A stretch of DNA of 64,000 nucleotides from Escherichia phage HildyBeyeler. The position numbers were made by a program, and so were the translations under genes. The stretch lies in sequence record MZ501074. The stretch is one strand, 5' to 3'. The notes below the pieces were generated by a model. It saw nothing but the letters and a program-made list of their open reading frames with translations. It was not told where the DNA came from and made no database searches. This document shows, one piece after another, positions 35,447-45,007 of this stretch. Position 1 is the first letter of the stretch; each line of letters starts with the position of its first letter.

Positions 35447-35475
35447 TTGCTTAGATGCCCAAACTTTTGTATAAT
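35447..35475 (+). promoter_or_regulatory. sigma70-type promoter
   Basis: TTGCTT-17-TATAAT. Confidence 0.6.
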
Positions 35476-35506
35476 ATGTTTATAGATTGAGGCAAGAGGA
35501 TTAAAT

Positions 35507-36187
35507 ATGAGGATTATTTCTAAGTTCGCCGATGTGTATGATCTGCAGAACAGTTTGTTTGACCCAGATCGTGTGTGGGAACGTAAAACTGAAGAGCTAA
35601 CAATAAAAGCCCCAGATGATGACAACTATACGATCATGCAAGAACGTAGGATTGCTCGTATTGAGGGAAAGATTGGTTACTTTAAAATTTTGCCTTTCTT
35701 CCTAGCTGGGGAGATTTACTGGTTATACCACATTGATGTACTGGATACCCAAGTAAAAACCTTCAGTTTGGACGAGGCGTTAGAAATTTTGGAGGAGAAG
35801 GGATGGTCAACAGGGTTTTCTTTGCTAGACATAAATAGGGGGAAGCCAAAAGAGTCTATCTTAGCATGGCAAGAAGAAGTTACCCCCAAAGCTAAAGAAG
35901 CCTTAACTGAGTTAAGAGTACCCTTAGCAATTCTAGACTCAGTAGTTCCAAATGATAAAGATAACAATAAATACTTCAAGGTTATAACTAATCCACGCCT
36001 ACACCTATCAGGAATACCGTGGCAGAGTGTGGAACCTAACTTATATCGACTGCACCAAAGAATCGAGCAGTATATTTGGGGTGTACTAGGAACTGGTGAG
36101 CCTGATATGATTACTGTGTCAGATAAAGACCGCCTAGCAGCACATGGATTTGATACGGTTACGTCATTCAGGAATATGAAAAGATGA
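35507..36187 (+). CDS. hypothetical protein
   Basis: ORF track; AAGAGGA RBS. Confidence 0.5.
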   Translation: MRIISKFADVYDLQNSLFDPDRVWERKTEELTIKAPDDDNYTIMQERRIARIEGKIGYFKILPFFLAGEIYWLYHIDVLDTQVKTFSLDEALEILEEKGWSTGFSLLDINRGKPKESILAWQEEVTPKAKEALTELRVPLAILDSVVPNDKDNNKYFKVITNPRLHLSGIPWQSVEPNLYRLHQRIEQYIWGVLGTGEPDMITVSDKDRLAAHGFDTVTSFRNMKR

Positions 36188-36627
36188 TAAAAAACTTTAT
36201 TAGTTCTCTATGGCAAGGTAAATGGTATATCCTGGGAGCAGGTCTAGCGATAGGCATCGGATTCGGTGCTTATCACTTAGTAGATAAAGTGGAGACTTTA
36301 GCAGGAGATCTTGCGGTAGCTACTAAAAAGATTTCTTCCCTAGAAACTTCCCTCAATAAGGTGAAAGCTGAAAGCGAACTTCGTGAGACTAGAATGAATC
36401 AGTATTTCACAATGAATAATATTTCGCAAGCAGATCTAGACAAAAAGATTAAGCAGTTAGATAAAGCTCTTAGTCGCCAAGATATTATAGCTGCAAAGCC
36501 TGGATTGGTAACATTAATTGCTAAAAAGCAGAGTAAAGAATTTGAGGAGAGATTAGCATGTCTTTCTGGAAGTGTGGAATACTGCTCGCAGCCGCAATCA
36601 CAATCACAGGCTGTGCACAAGAAATAA
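36184..36627 (+). CDS. i-spanin-like protein (N-terminal TM plus coiled coil)
   Basis: ILGAGLAIGIGFGAY TM helix then coiled coil; overlaps downstream lipoprotein gene. Confidence 0.4.
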   Translation: MIKNFISSLWQGKWYILGAGLAIGIGFGAYHLVDKVETLAGDLAVATKKISSLETSLNKVKAESELRETRMNQYFTMNNISQADLDKKIKQLDKALSRQDIIAAKPGLVTLIAKKQSKEFEERLACLSGSVEYCSQPQSQSQAVHKK

Positions 36628-36911
36628 AGCCAGAGCCCTCTCATGAGCTACCAACAGCTCACGTAGATTGGCCTAAAGGACTTCAACCTTGTAGCTTTGA
36701 CTTTAAGTTTGAAAAGAAAGTAGCTACAAATGGAGAAGAGGGCGTAGTAGTTGTTGTACCATATAAAGATTGGAATATGTTGGCAAAATGCCGTGAGGCA
36801 GAATATTCCTTTATTTCACGACTGACTAGTATGGTTTGCTTCTATCGCCAAGATTTACAAGAAAAACGTTGCTTAATTTACTATCCACCCATTAACAGTA
36901 GGAAAGATTAA
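36558..36911 (+). CDS. o-spanin-like lipoprotein
   Basis: Signal peptide with lipobox ITGC; start embedded in 3-prime end of 36184-36627. Confidence 0.4.
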   Translation: MSFWKCGILLAAAITITGCAQEIKPEPSHELPTAHVDWPKGLQPCSFDFKFEKKVATNGEEGVVVVVPYKDWNMLAKCREAEYSFISRLTSMVCFYRQDLQEKRCLIYYPPINSRKD

Positions 36912-37663
36912 TGTCAGTATTAGTAGGTTTACATGGCGAGGCAGGTGCAGGAAAAGATACCGTTGCAAAATTAATTATCGATTGGTGTAATGACACGTAT
37001 CCAACGTGTTTACCACGTCGTTACAGTTTTGCTAAACCAGTTTATGAGCTTGCATCCGTAATCCTCGGGGTAACTCCAGAGTTTCTAGGAGAGCGCAGGG
37101 GAAAAGAAATTGACCAATGGTTTACGGTCACACAATCTCAATTGGAGCGAGCTAGAGACGTATGGTTTAAATATGGTATCGATAAGTTTGAAGACTTCTC
37201 GTACGTTTGGCCGATTTTTGAGGAAAAATATCTTAATCCTCAACAACTTATCTCAGAGAATAAAGAAGACGGACTTTATAGTTTATTTATTTCTCCGAGA
37301 AAAATGTTACAGCTCGTAGGAACAGAGCTAGGAAGGCAGCTGGTACATGAACGCATTTGGCTCATAATTCTGGAGCAATCCATCGCTAAAGACGACCCAG
37401 ATGTCGCCGTAATAACAGATGTGAGATTCCCCAATGAAGGAGAGTTACTCAGAGAAACGAACCATTTAGATATGGATTCTTTACTAATAAATGTAGTGCC
37501 CGCTGAGCAGAAGTTCACTATTAAATCAGATCATCCATCTGAAAGTGGTATTCCTACAAAATATATCACTCACGAATTAGTTAATAAATTCGATGGTATC
37601 AATAACCTTAAACTAGAAGTGTATAACTTCTGTGACTTAGAGCTAGAACCACTAGTTGGATAA
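36911..37663 (+). CDS. deoxynucleoside monophosphate kinase-like P-loop kinase
   Basis: GLHGEAGAGKDT P-loop at N-terminus; 250 aa. Confidence 0.5.
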   Translation: MSVLVGLHGEAGAGKDTVAKLIIDWCNDTYPTCLPRRYSFAKPVYELASVILGVTPEFLGERRGKEIDQWFTVTQSQLERARDVWFKYGIDKFEDFSYVWPIFEEKYLNPQQLISENKEDGLYSLFISPRKMLQLVGTELGRQLVHERIWLIILEQSIAKDDPDVAVITDVRFPNEGELLRETNHLDMDSLLINVVPAEQKFTIKSDHPSESGIPTKYITHELVNKFDGINNLKLEVYNFCDLELEPLVG

Positions 37664-37675
37664 TCAAGGATTGCT

Positions 37676-38269
37676 ATGGCTAATAAAAAAGAAGAAAAGA
37701 CTAACCTGTTTCACTCCATTCGCCAATCTAACGAGTATACCTTTTTCTTTGATGAAGAACTTGGTCCGCCTGATGAATACCGTGATTTATCAATGGTACT
37801 TATGCAGGCAAATGAGGACGACGAAATTAATCTGATGATTAATGGCCCTGGTGGCTATGTTGATACCGCTGCACAGTTATCTAACTTAATTGCCAATTGC
37901 CGTGGAACAGTTATAGGACATCTGATTGGTCCTAGTGCTTCTGCTTATTGCACAATTTTCCTATCCTGTCATAGATGGGTAGTACATCCACATGCTACGC
38001 TAATGGGACACACGTTCTCTGGCGGATTCTGTGAGAAAGGTCAAGAAATCAAGAAAGCCTATGAATCTTACAACAAGTTTGTAGAAGATATGATGCTAGA
38101 TGTCTACTATCCGTTCTTCTCAATAGATGAAATCGACGAGATGGTAAAAGACAACAAAAATATCTATCTAGATAGCAAGGAAATTCATAAGCGTATTGAA
38201 ATCTTGGCAAAATATCGATCTGAGCAATATAATAAAGCCCAGTTACCTCAATCCTGGGGGCACAACTAA
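37676..38269 (+). CDS. ClpP-family serine peptidase-like protein
   Basis: INGPGGYV, GPSASAY (Ser) and HPHATLMGH (His) in ClpP order. Confidence 0.45.
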   Translation: MANKKEEKTNLFHSIRQSNEYTFFFDEELGPPDEYRDLSMVLMQANEDDEINLMINGPGGYVDTAAQLSNLIANCRGTVIGHLIGPSASAYCTIFLSCHRWVVHPHATLMGHTFSGGFCEKGQEIKKAYESYNKFVEDMMLDVYYPFFSIDEIDEMVKDNKNIYLDSKEIHKRIEILAKYRSEQYNKAQLPQSWGHN

Positions 38270-38285
38270 GAGTAAGTAGTTTTAA

Positions 38286-38316
38286 GCCAGGGTTTAACGA
38301 CCCTGGCCTTTCTTTT
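38286..38316 (+). terminator. rho-independent terminator
   Basis: GCCAGGGT...ACCCTGGC stem followed by CTTTCTTTT. Confidence 0.65.
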
Positions 38317-38378
38317 ATCTAAAATTCTTCTTGACAACGACATAATTTTGTGCTCCAAGTGTAACGTTTAAAAACCAA

Positions 38379-38407
38379 TTGAAATTTTCCTCCAAAATTA
38401 GTATAAT
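38379..38407 (+). promoter_or_regulatory. sigma70-type promoter
   Basis: TTGAAA-17-TATAAT; also TTGACA at 38329. Confidence 0.55.
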
Positions 38408-38432
38408 GGTACTGGTTAGAGGAGGTTACAAA

Positions 38433-39089
38433 TTGGAAAAGTTCTTACAATTATTAACAGTACTGCTCCAAGAAGCGAAAGACCCAGCATCGCTTCTTAA
38501 ACGTCTGCTAACTATCTTAGTTGCTGTCATTATTTTCTTATTTGTTAGTAATACTAGTGAGGTGATGTCATTCTTAAAGACTTTCTCCACGTCTGCGGTT
38601 CTACAGGATGTTCAAACTCAAAGGATAAGTAATTTTCCTAACGTAGCTAGAGAAAAGAGCATGGTGCTTTTTTCCCAAACGGGTGCGGATGCTGTTTTTG
38701 TAGTCAAGTATAAACCCGATGCCATTAATGATTATTCTAACATTATTGCATGGGAAAGCAATGCGCAATTAGATAGGGCTGACTTGGCTGATAAAGCGGT
38801 AAATAAGACGTCTGAGCTATATAGACGTCACTTAGACGGCTTTAACTACGCATCGGATTTAAGTGTAAAAGTAAATAAATACATGGGGTTAAATATACCT
38901 GCGTTTAAGAACGTTACTTTTAATTACATATACACTTGTCCGTATTTCAATCTAAACAATATCTATGCTGGATATATTGGTATTGCTTGGAAAGATAATC
39001 CTGTAGATACAGCTGATTCTGAACAGTTCAAGGAATATTTAGCAAAGCTCTGTTCCCCACAACAGAGATCTTTAGGTAGGTCAATATGA
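38433..39089 (+). CDS. holin-like membrane protein
   Basis: TTG 38433 after GAGGAGG (218 codons); TM segment; immediately upstream of endolysin with ATGA overlap. Confidence 0.5.
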   Translation: MEKFLQLLTVLLQEAKDPASLLKRLLTILVAVIIFLFVSNTSEVMSFLKTFSTSAVLQDVQTQRISNFPNVAREKSMVLFSQTGADAVFVVKYKPDAINDYSNIIAWESNAQLDRADLADKAVNKTSELYRRHLDGFNYASDLSVKVNKYMGLNIPAFKNVTFNYIYTCPYFNLNNIYAGYIGIAWKDNPVDTADSEQFKEYLAKLCSPQQRSLGRSI

Positions 39090-39499
39090 GTTTTAAATTT
39101 AGTAAAAGAAGTTTAGATAGATTAAAGGGTGTTCATCCAGATTTAGTAAAAGTAACTCATAGAGCTTTAGAATTAAGCCCATATGATTTTACTATTACAG
39201 AAGGATTACGTTCCTTAGAACAAAGCGCCCAAAATATTAAGAATGGAACCTCGTTTTTAAAAGACCCGAGCAAGTCAAAACACGTACAAGGGCTGGCTGT
39301 TGACTTTGCTCCTCTTAAAAATGGGGAGATTGATTGGAATGATTTAGAATCATTCAAATTAGTGGCAGATGCCTTCTTTAAGGCAGCAGAAGAGCTAGGA
39401 GTAAAGATTAGATGGGGTGGTGATTGGAACCAGAACGGAAGTTATAAGGATGAAATCCAACGTGGTACTTTTGATGGCCCACATATAGAATTGATTTAA
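39086..39499 (+). CDS. lys: endolysin, L-alanyl-D-glutamate peptidase (M15-type)
   Basis: 137 aa; SKSKHVQGLAVDFAP...GGDWN...DGPHIEL zinc-peptidase motifs. Confidence 0.85.
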   Translation: MSFKFSKRSLDRLKGVHPDLVKVTHRALELSPYDFTITEGLRSLEQSAQNIKNGTSFLKDPSKSKHVQGLAVDFAPLKNGEIDWNDLESFKLVADAFFKAAEELGVKIRWGGDWNQNGSYKDEIQRGTFDGPHIELI

Positions 39500-39508
39500 G
39501 TAAAATAC

Positions 39509-39531
39509 GGCGGGAATACTCCCGCCTTTTT
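39509..39531 (+). terminator. rho-independent terminator
   Basis: GGCGGGA-ATAC-TCCCGCC followed by TTTTT. Confidence 0.7.
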
Positions 39532-39574
39532 AGGCAAAGGGGGCTTTAATAACTTTTGAAGATAGGAGAAAGCC

Positions 39575-39991
39575 ATGTTTGCAGAACTATTCACTACGAT
39601 GCTGCTAGGTATCTGGAAAATAAGTCTAGTAGTATTCGTTTTAATAATAGTCTTTACTATCCTTGCACTAACTACCAGAAATATCTTATTAATAAAGATT
39701 ACTCATGGACTAGAGTATATAATTATGGGTTCATTCGGCGTTTGTAAATGCAATTGCCATAGAGATACGAAATATTGTTGGTTATGGATGGAACTAGAGA
39801 ATCCTATATCCATAGCTTTGGCTGTTTCATTCGGTATGATTCTTATGGCCCTTACTCTAGCATTAATACCTTTGATGTTAGCTGGGGGAGTTACAGCGTA
39901 TTTCACCCTTTTATCCCCGATACTTATGTACTCAATTTACCCAATAACTATGTATCTAGTTAGGAAAAGATTTATACATGCAGTAGATTAA
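39575..39991 (+). CDS. hypothetical multi-pass membrane protein
   Basis: ORF track; AGGAGAAAG RBS; several hydrophobic helices. Confidence 0.45.
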   Translation: MFAELFTTMLLGIWKISLVVFVLIIVFTILALTTRNILLIKITHGLEYIIMGSFGVCKCNCHRDTKYCWLWMELENPISIALAVSFGMILMALTLALIPLMLAGGVTAYFTLLSPILMYSIYPITMYLVRKRFIHAVD

Positions 39992-40004
39992 GATAAAAAA
40001 GTAG

Positions 40005-40033
40005 TTGACTTTTAGCCCTAGTTATTATATAAT
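40005..40033 (+). promoter_or_regulatory. sigma70-type promoter
   Basis: TTGACT-17-TATAAT. Confidence 0.6.
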
Positions 40034-40066
40034 ATATACATAAATTAGTTAAGAGAGGTATATATT

Positions 40067-40474
40067 ATGTCTGATCGTTTCTATACTCAAATGGCGGAAC
40101 ATTATAACATGGCTCCATATGAGTTGAACATCGCATTACGTGACCTCGATTCACCAGAGCGTAAAAAACTTGAGAAGAAGGCAGGAACTACTATGTCTAA
40201 AGGCAAAAAGTTAACTCGTCTTGATCTTAATAAAATTTTAACTGAACTTTTGGGTACTGATATTGAAGGTGCTAAATTACCGCTTCTTGTACTAGAGACT
40301 ATGATTAAAAAGGTCAAAAATAAAGAATATAAGAAGGTAGAAGTCCCAGAAGGCAGATTAAAGGCTCCTTATCAGGAAGCATTAACCGAGTGTTTGGGTG
40401 TAAATCTTGATCTGAGCACCGCAACCGTAAAAACTATGAAAAACTTCTTAGAGGCCATTAATAACTATGAGTAA
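40067..40474 (+). CDS. hypothetical protein
   Basis: ORF track; GAGAGG RBS. Confidence 0.45.
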   Translation: MSDRFYTQMAEHYNMAPYELNIALRDLDSPERKKLEKKAGTTMSKGKKLTRLDLNKILTELLGTDIEGAKLPLLVLETMIKKVKNKEYKKVEVPEGRLKAPYQEALTECLGVNLDLSTATVKTMKNFLEAINNYE

Positions 40475-40757
40475 ATTAGTATATCTATTAAAAGGTTCCA
40501 CGTGTCGTCCTTGTGCTCTTTTCGAGCCAGTATTTGATAAAGTAGTCAATGAGTATAATTTGGAAGTCCATAAAGAGACTGATAATACAGAATTAATGCA
40601 GAAATTTGGCGTACGCCAAGTTCCTGTAGTAGTTCTGGCGGATCGCTTACCTAATGGTCGAGTAGAAGCTAATCATATTTTGATTGGACGTCAGCTTCGT
40701 AAAGAAACTATGCACGAAGCTATTAAAAATTTCCTGGATGATAATCCAGAAGGTTAA
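40467..40757 (+). CDS. thioredoxin/glutaredoxin-like protein
   Basis: CRPC CxxC motif in thioredoxin-fold context (VPVVVL). Confidence 0.5.
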   Translation: MSKLVYLLKGSTCRPCALFEPVFDKVVNEYNLEVHKETDNTELMQKFGVRQVPVVVLADRLPNGRVEANHILIGRQLRKETMHEAIKNFLDDNPEG

Positions 40758-40763
40758 TAAACC

Positions 40764-40796
40764 AAGCCTGATCTTAGCGGATCAGGCTTTTATTTT
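40764..40796 (+). terminator. rho-independent terminator
   Basis: AGCCTGAT...ATCAGGCT stem followed by TTTTATTTT. Confidence 0.65.
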
Positions 40797-40798
40797 AC

Positions 40799-40827
40799 TT
40801 GCTTTTTGCTAAAAATTTTGGTATAAT
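40799..40827 (+). promoter_or_regulatory. sigma70-type promoter
   Basis: TTGCTT-17-TATAAT. Confidence 0.55.
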
Positions 40828-40884
40828 ACTTATATAAATTGATAAGAAGGCTATCTACGCACTACAAAAAATAGGAGTATTCCA

Positions 40885-41262
40885 ATGAACTATGCATATC
40901 TAATTATTAATAATAACGTAGTTTGTGGTACTCGCGCTGTTGAGATGGGTATTACAGAAGAAGAGTATAAGTCACTTCCAGAAAAGGAACAACAATATTA
41001 TGTTGAAGAAGCTGCTTGGGAGTATGCTGAGGTTTATCCCGAACAACGTGAAGATCGCGTTACTATTGTTGTTTCTTTGGGGCTGGTTGGCTGTGATACC
41101 GAAGTTGATACAGACCTAGAGACTTTAGAGGAGTGGGAAGAGTTAGATATTTCAGCTAAAAACTCCTTAATCCGTGAAGCCTTTTGGGAAGCTGTAGATT
41201 GCCACGTAGTATTTGAGCCTAATGATGAAGAGGCTGAAAAACATACTAACCATTGGAGATAA
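40885..41262 (+). CDS. hypothetical acidic protein
   Basis: ORF track; GGAG RBS. Confidence 0.45.
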   Translation: MNYAYLIINNNVVCGTRAVEMGITEEEYKSLPEKEQQYYVEEAAWEYAEVYPEQREDRVTIVVSLGLVGCDTEVDTDLETLEEWEELDISAKNSLIREAFWEAVDCHVVFEPNDEEAEKHTNHWR

Positions 41263-41266
41263 TTAA

Positions 41267-41512
41267 ATGTTAGCAGAGCGAGCAAAACGTTTAGCTAGGG
41301 TTAATAGAGCTGCTCTTCTCAAGAGCAGGAAGAAATCATATAAGTATGTTAAAAGACGGATTATAGCTTCTGTAGAGGCTGGAGGTTCTTATGTGCAGTT
41401 TAACCGTGACGAAATTAGTTATGAAGCTATAAAAGCCCTCAATAAAGATGGTTATACTCTCAAACTATCTAATGAGTATGGCACAACTATTTTAACTGTT
41501 ATTTGGGAATAA
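41267..41512 (+). CDS. hypothetical protein
   Basis: ORF track. Confidence 0.4.
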   Translation: MLAERAKRLARVNRAALLKSRKKSYKYVKRRIIASVEAGGSYVQFNRDEISYEAIKALNKDGYTLKLSNEYGTTILTVIWE

Positions 41513-42366
41513 TTATGAAAAAAGAATTTAATGTACATAAAACTCTAGTAGTGCCAGATGATGCCAACTTGTTTTTCGTTGGTGATATTCATGGGTGCAA
41601 CGATTTGCTAGAAGATGCACTACAATTAGCTGGCTATAACGGCAAGAAAGATTGCGTTGTATGCGTAGGGGATTTAATTGACCGAGGCACGCAGAACCTA
41701 CAAGTTTTAGCCAAATTCCTGTATAATCCACGCTTTATCAGTGTCCGTGGTAATCATGACCAATTTATGATTGTGGGAGATTGGGCTAACTGGATGTATA
41801 ACGGTGGTATGTGGGCTATGAATGAACTAGATGCAGATACCATTAAAAATATTGCCGAAGACATGGCTGAAAAAATGCCAGTATTCCTAACTGTTAAACA
41901 TCGTGGCAAGAAGTATGGTGTTGTTCACGGTGCGGTTCCCTACAGGCATAAAGGGGATAATAACATATCTAAAATCCCAAATTGGGACACTCTTATTCTG
42001 GAGGCAGAGCAGGCCAAAGGGCTTGATTTAGCAGATATTATAGACGATGCTCTATGGGATAGGGATGTGATCCAAGATGTATTTTCCCATATGTCTGAGG
42101 ATGCTGACCACCCGTATTTTCAAAGATATGCTGGACTTCCAGAAAACTTAATTAATCACATTCCTAAGGTAGAAGGAGTAGAATTCGTATTTCACGGGCA
42201 TACTGGAGTTCCTTACCCAATATTATATAAGAACCGTGTCTATCTTGATACTGGCGGTGTTTTCAACGGGCAGTTGACGGTTGCGCAGGTTAATGATGAA
42301 ACTGGCAAAATCACCACATTTACCACAGACAAAAATGATAGCTGCGGTGTACAGAGGGTTCTTTAA
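41503..42366 (+). CDS. Ser/Thr protein phosphatase (calcineurin-like metallophosphoesterase)
   Basis: GDIHG, GDLIDRG and GNHD motifs in order. Confidence 0.7.
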   Translation: MGIIMKKEFNVHKTLVVPDDANLFFVGDIHGCNDLLEDALQLAGYNGKKDCVVCVGDLIDRGTQNLQVLAKFLYNPRFISVRGNHDQFMIVGDWANWMYNGGMWAMNELDADTIKNIAEDMAEKMPVFLTVKHRGKKYGVVHGAVPYRHKGDNNISKIPNWDTLILEAEQAKGLDLADIIDDALWDRDVIQDVFSHMSEDADHPYFQRYAGLPENLINHIPKVEGVEFVFHGHTGVPYPILYKNRVYLDTGGVFNGQLTVAQVNDETGKITTFTTDKNDSCGVQRVL

Positions 42367-42653
42367 TGAATGATAGAATGAAAGAAGTACAAGAAGAGTT
42401 ACGAGCAATGCGTATTGATGCCCTTCGTTGGAGGGCATTAGTTAATGCTTTCGTAAAAGGAGATACCGGAGTAATATATTCTGGAATAGCAGTCAATTTT
42501 TGTTTTAATTCTCCTGCTGAAATAGAGATAGAAACAAGGCTTACTACCTTCCTTAATGAGGTAGACCTTAAGGAAGGAGAGACTCCCGAGGAGTTTAAAA
42601 CTAGAGTATTAACTACCTGGGTTGATAATTTAATACAAAAAAGGAGTAAGTGA
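42366..42653 (+). CDS. hypothetical protein
   Basis: ORF track; ATGA overlap. Confidence 0.4.
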   Translation: MNDRMKEVQEELRAMRIDALRWRALVNAFVKGDTGVIYSGIAVNFCFNSPAEIEIETRLTTFLNEVDLKEGETPEEFKTRVLTTWVDNLIQKRSK

Positions 42654-43243
42654 TGAGGGTTAAATTCTGGTCAGACTTGCACTTAGACCACCCTGGAGCA
42701 CTACGTTTCCGTCCGTGGTTTAAGAACATGAAAGAGCACGATGAGTATATTCTAGATACTTTGTCCAAGCATATTGGTAAACGAACAAAACTTATTTTGC
42801 TAGGAGATATTGCAGTAGGTCGTGAAGGTCTGGCCAAATTAAAGTCGGTTATCCACAATGTCCCTAATCAACTCATTATGGGTAATCATGATGCGGAGCG
42901 TCAAGGACTGAGTATTAGGGACTTAGCGGAAGTTTATGACGATATTCAAGCTCTAGGCAAACAGACTGGAGGTGGCAAAAAGTTTTGGCTATCTCATTGC
43001 CCTTTGCACCCCAATGAGCTTCGGGGCAAATTAAATATTCACGGACACGTACATGCTACTTCTATACGTGACCCTCGTTACATCAATGTCTCATTTGAAA
43101 TGAGCAAAACTCCTATTCCTCTAGAAGATATTGTATCAGGTAAGTTTACTAGCTATGATAGAGTAGTTAATTGTACTACTGGCGAAGTATTACAAATAGG
43201 GGAAGATGTAGCTGCTGTATTACGTGGCGATATAAATGTCTAA
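42650..43243 (+). CDS. metallophosphoesterase
   Basis: SDLHLD, GD, GNHD and HGHVH motifs. Confidence 0.6.
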   Translation: MMRVKFWSDLHLDHPGALRFRPWFKNMKEHDEYILDTLSKHIGKRTKLILLGDIAVGREGLAKLKSVIHNVPNQLIMGNHDAERQGLSIRDLAEVYDDIQALGKQTGGGKKFWLSHCPLHPNELRGKLNIHGHVHATSIRDPRYINVSFEMSKTPIPLEDIVSGKFTSYDRVVNCTTGEVLQIGEDVAAVLRGDINV

Positions 43244-43351
43244 GTATATAGCTGGGGCTATAATTAAACGAGTCATACAAGCAGTAGCAATACTTATAAT
43301 CATTTGTATTGCTATTGGTACAGGACTAGGCATTTTAATTAAAAGTTTTAT

Positions 43352-43380
43352 TTGCTAAAATGCCTAAGTTTCTGTATAAT
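43352..43380 (+). promoter_or_regulatory. sigma70-type promoter
   Basis: TTGCTA-17-TATAAT. Confidence 0.6.
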
Positions 43381-43410
43381 TACTTTATAAATTGATGAGA
43401 GGGAAACAAA

Positions 43411-43842
43411 ATGAACAAAGTAGATAAAGCTCTAGTTTTTGCAGCAGCAGATAAGTTTGAACAAGTTAAAGCTACTTTCCGAACCCTGTTCCAGTCTTAC
43501 GTTCAGGATAAGTCTAATCCTATTTCTGAACGCTTGATGGTTTGGGAGTGTCATGCTTGCAATGCCTTGCTAATTGCTGATTACCGTAGTGATATAGATA
43601 AAGATCTTTGTGAAATCCTTATCCCCGAGGAAGCAGAACGTTATCAGTTAATCTCTTTTCAAGATTTAGCAGAACAGATCATCCCTGATGATCTTTGGGA
43701 CAAGTATTATGGTGATCCTGAAGACGAAGGAATGACTCCAGAAGCATGTATTGAACTGATCTGCAAAGATCATCCTGAAATTGCAGAAAAATTTGAGAAA
43801 GTTTTTGTTTCTGAGTTCTCCGGTGTTGTTAACGATTGGTAA
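43411..43842 (+). CDS. hypothetical protein
   Basis: ORF track; GAGAGGGAAA RBS. Confidence 0.45.
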   Translation: MNKVDKALVFAAADKFEQVKATFRTLFQSYVQDKSNPISERLMVWECHACNALLIADYRSDIDKDLCEILIPEEAERYQLISFQDLAEQIIPDDLWDKYYGDPEDEGMTPEACIELICKDHPEIAEKFEKVFVSEFSGVVNDW

Positions 43843-43859
43843 GTAATTAAAAAATTCAG

Positions 43860-43888
43860 TTGCTTCAAGCCTTAAAATTCTGTATAAT
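43860..43888 (+). promoter_or_regulatory. sigma70-type promoter
   Basis: TTGCTT-17-TATAAT. Confidence 0.6.
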
Positions 43889-43920
43889 AAGTTCATAAAT
43901 TAATGAGAGAGGAAATTCTA

Positions 43921-44199
43921 ATGGAAAACATGACTAAAGACTTCGACGCCTCTAACCTTACCAAGACTGAAATGGCCAATGTATTAGCAATTCTCCTCGA
44001 CATGCAAGGATTTGAGGGGCAACTGATGAAAATGTCTATTCCGGCGATGAAGAAGATGTATGATTCTCTTAACAAGAACGCCATGGCCTTTAACTTAGCA
44101 AAACAAGAGGCACGCTTTGCTAAGGAGCACCAAGCAGTGGCAGAACGCCGAGCAGCTAGCTTTGAGCGTGAAGTTAAGCAATTAAAGAAAAAATGCTAA
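43921..44199 (+). CDS. hypothetical protein
   Basis: ATG 43921 after GAGAGAGG (track start 43903 lies in promoter-proximal sequence). Confidence 0.45.
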   Translation: MENMTKDFDASNLTKTEMANVLAILLDMQGFEGQLMKMSIPAMKKMYDSLNKNAMAFNLAKQEARFAKEHQAVAERRAASFEREVKQLKKKC

Positions 44200-44729
44200 C
44201 ACAAGAAAGATTAAAAGAGCTATTTGAATACCGCCCGGAAACGGGCGAGTTTATTAGATTAGTAAGTATAGGTAATCAAAAAGCTGGTAGTACTGCTGGC
44301 TGTCTAAGAAAGACTGGGTATATAGAAATAAGAGTAGATAAAGTAGGCTACAAAGCACATCGACTAGCCTTCCTCTATATGGAAGGTTATATTCCCGAAG
44401 TAATAGACCACGTAAATCGTATACGGAGTGATAATAGGTGGGCTAACCTTAGAGAATCTAATAACCAAGAAAATTCTAGAAATAGAACAGCAAGGAGCAA
44501 ATCATGGTATTTGGGAATCTTTTGGCATAAACAAAAGCAAAAATGGGAAGTAAGGGTTGTAGATTCGTACAAAAAGTTAGTGCATGGTGGGTATTTTGAT
44601 TTTCTAGATCTAGAATTAGCGGTTCAAAGAGCTAATGAACTACGTTTAGAACTACATGGGCCTAACGCTGTTATAGAAACTTTTGATCATACAAAACCCT
44701 TACCTACTTTAGAGGAATTAAATAAATGA
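44193..44729 (+). CDS. HNH homing endonuclease
   Basis: HRLAFLYMEGYIPEVIDHVN...NRWANLRESN HNH signature. Confidence 0.65.
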   Translation: MLTQERLKELFEYRPETGEFIRLVSIGNQKAGSTAGCLRKTGYIEIRVDKVGYKAHRLAFLYMEGYIPEVIDHVNRIRSDNRWANLRESNNQENSRNRTARSKSWYLGIFWHKQKQKWEVRVVDSYKKLVHGGYFDFLDLELAVQRANELRLELHGPNAVIETFDHTKPLPTLEELNK

Positions 44730-45007
44730 TTACAGAAATTCTTATTGGGTTACTAGTTCTTACTACACTAGTAGCGATTGGCGGAGTTATTGGGATTGTG
44801 AATGCACGAAAAAACATGGAAAATATGCTCATTACTAATGATGGGCTACACCACCGCTTGCTAGAGCAAGAGCAGGATATTGAACTAGCACAGAGACGCT
44901 CAGATATTCTTAAAGAAAAATTAAATAATATAGAAGCAATAGTTGGGAATAATAAATTACCTGCTAAAGTAATGCGTACACAGATAATTACGGAGATTAA
45001 AAAATGA
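44726..45007 (+). CDS. hypothetical membrane protein
   Basis: ORF track; N-terminal TM helix. Confidence 0.4.
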   Translation: MITEILIGLLVLTTLVAIGGVIGIVNARKNMENMLITNDGLHHRLLEQEQDIELAQRRSDILKEKLNNIEAIVGNNKLPAKVMRTQIITEIKK

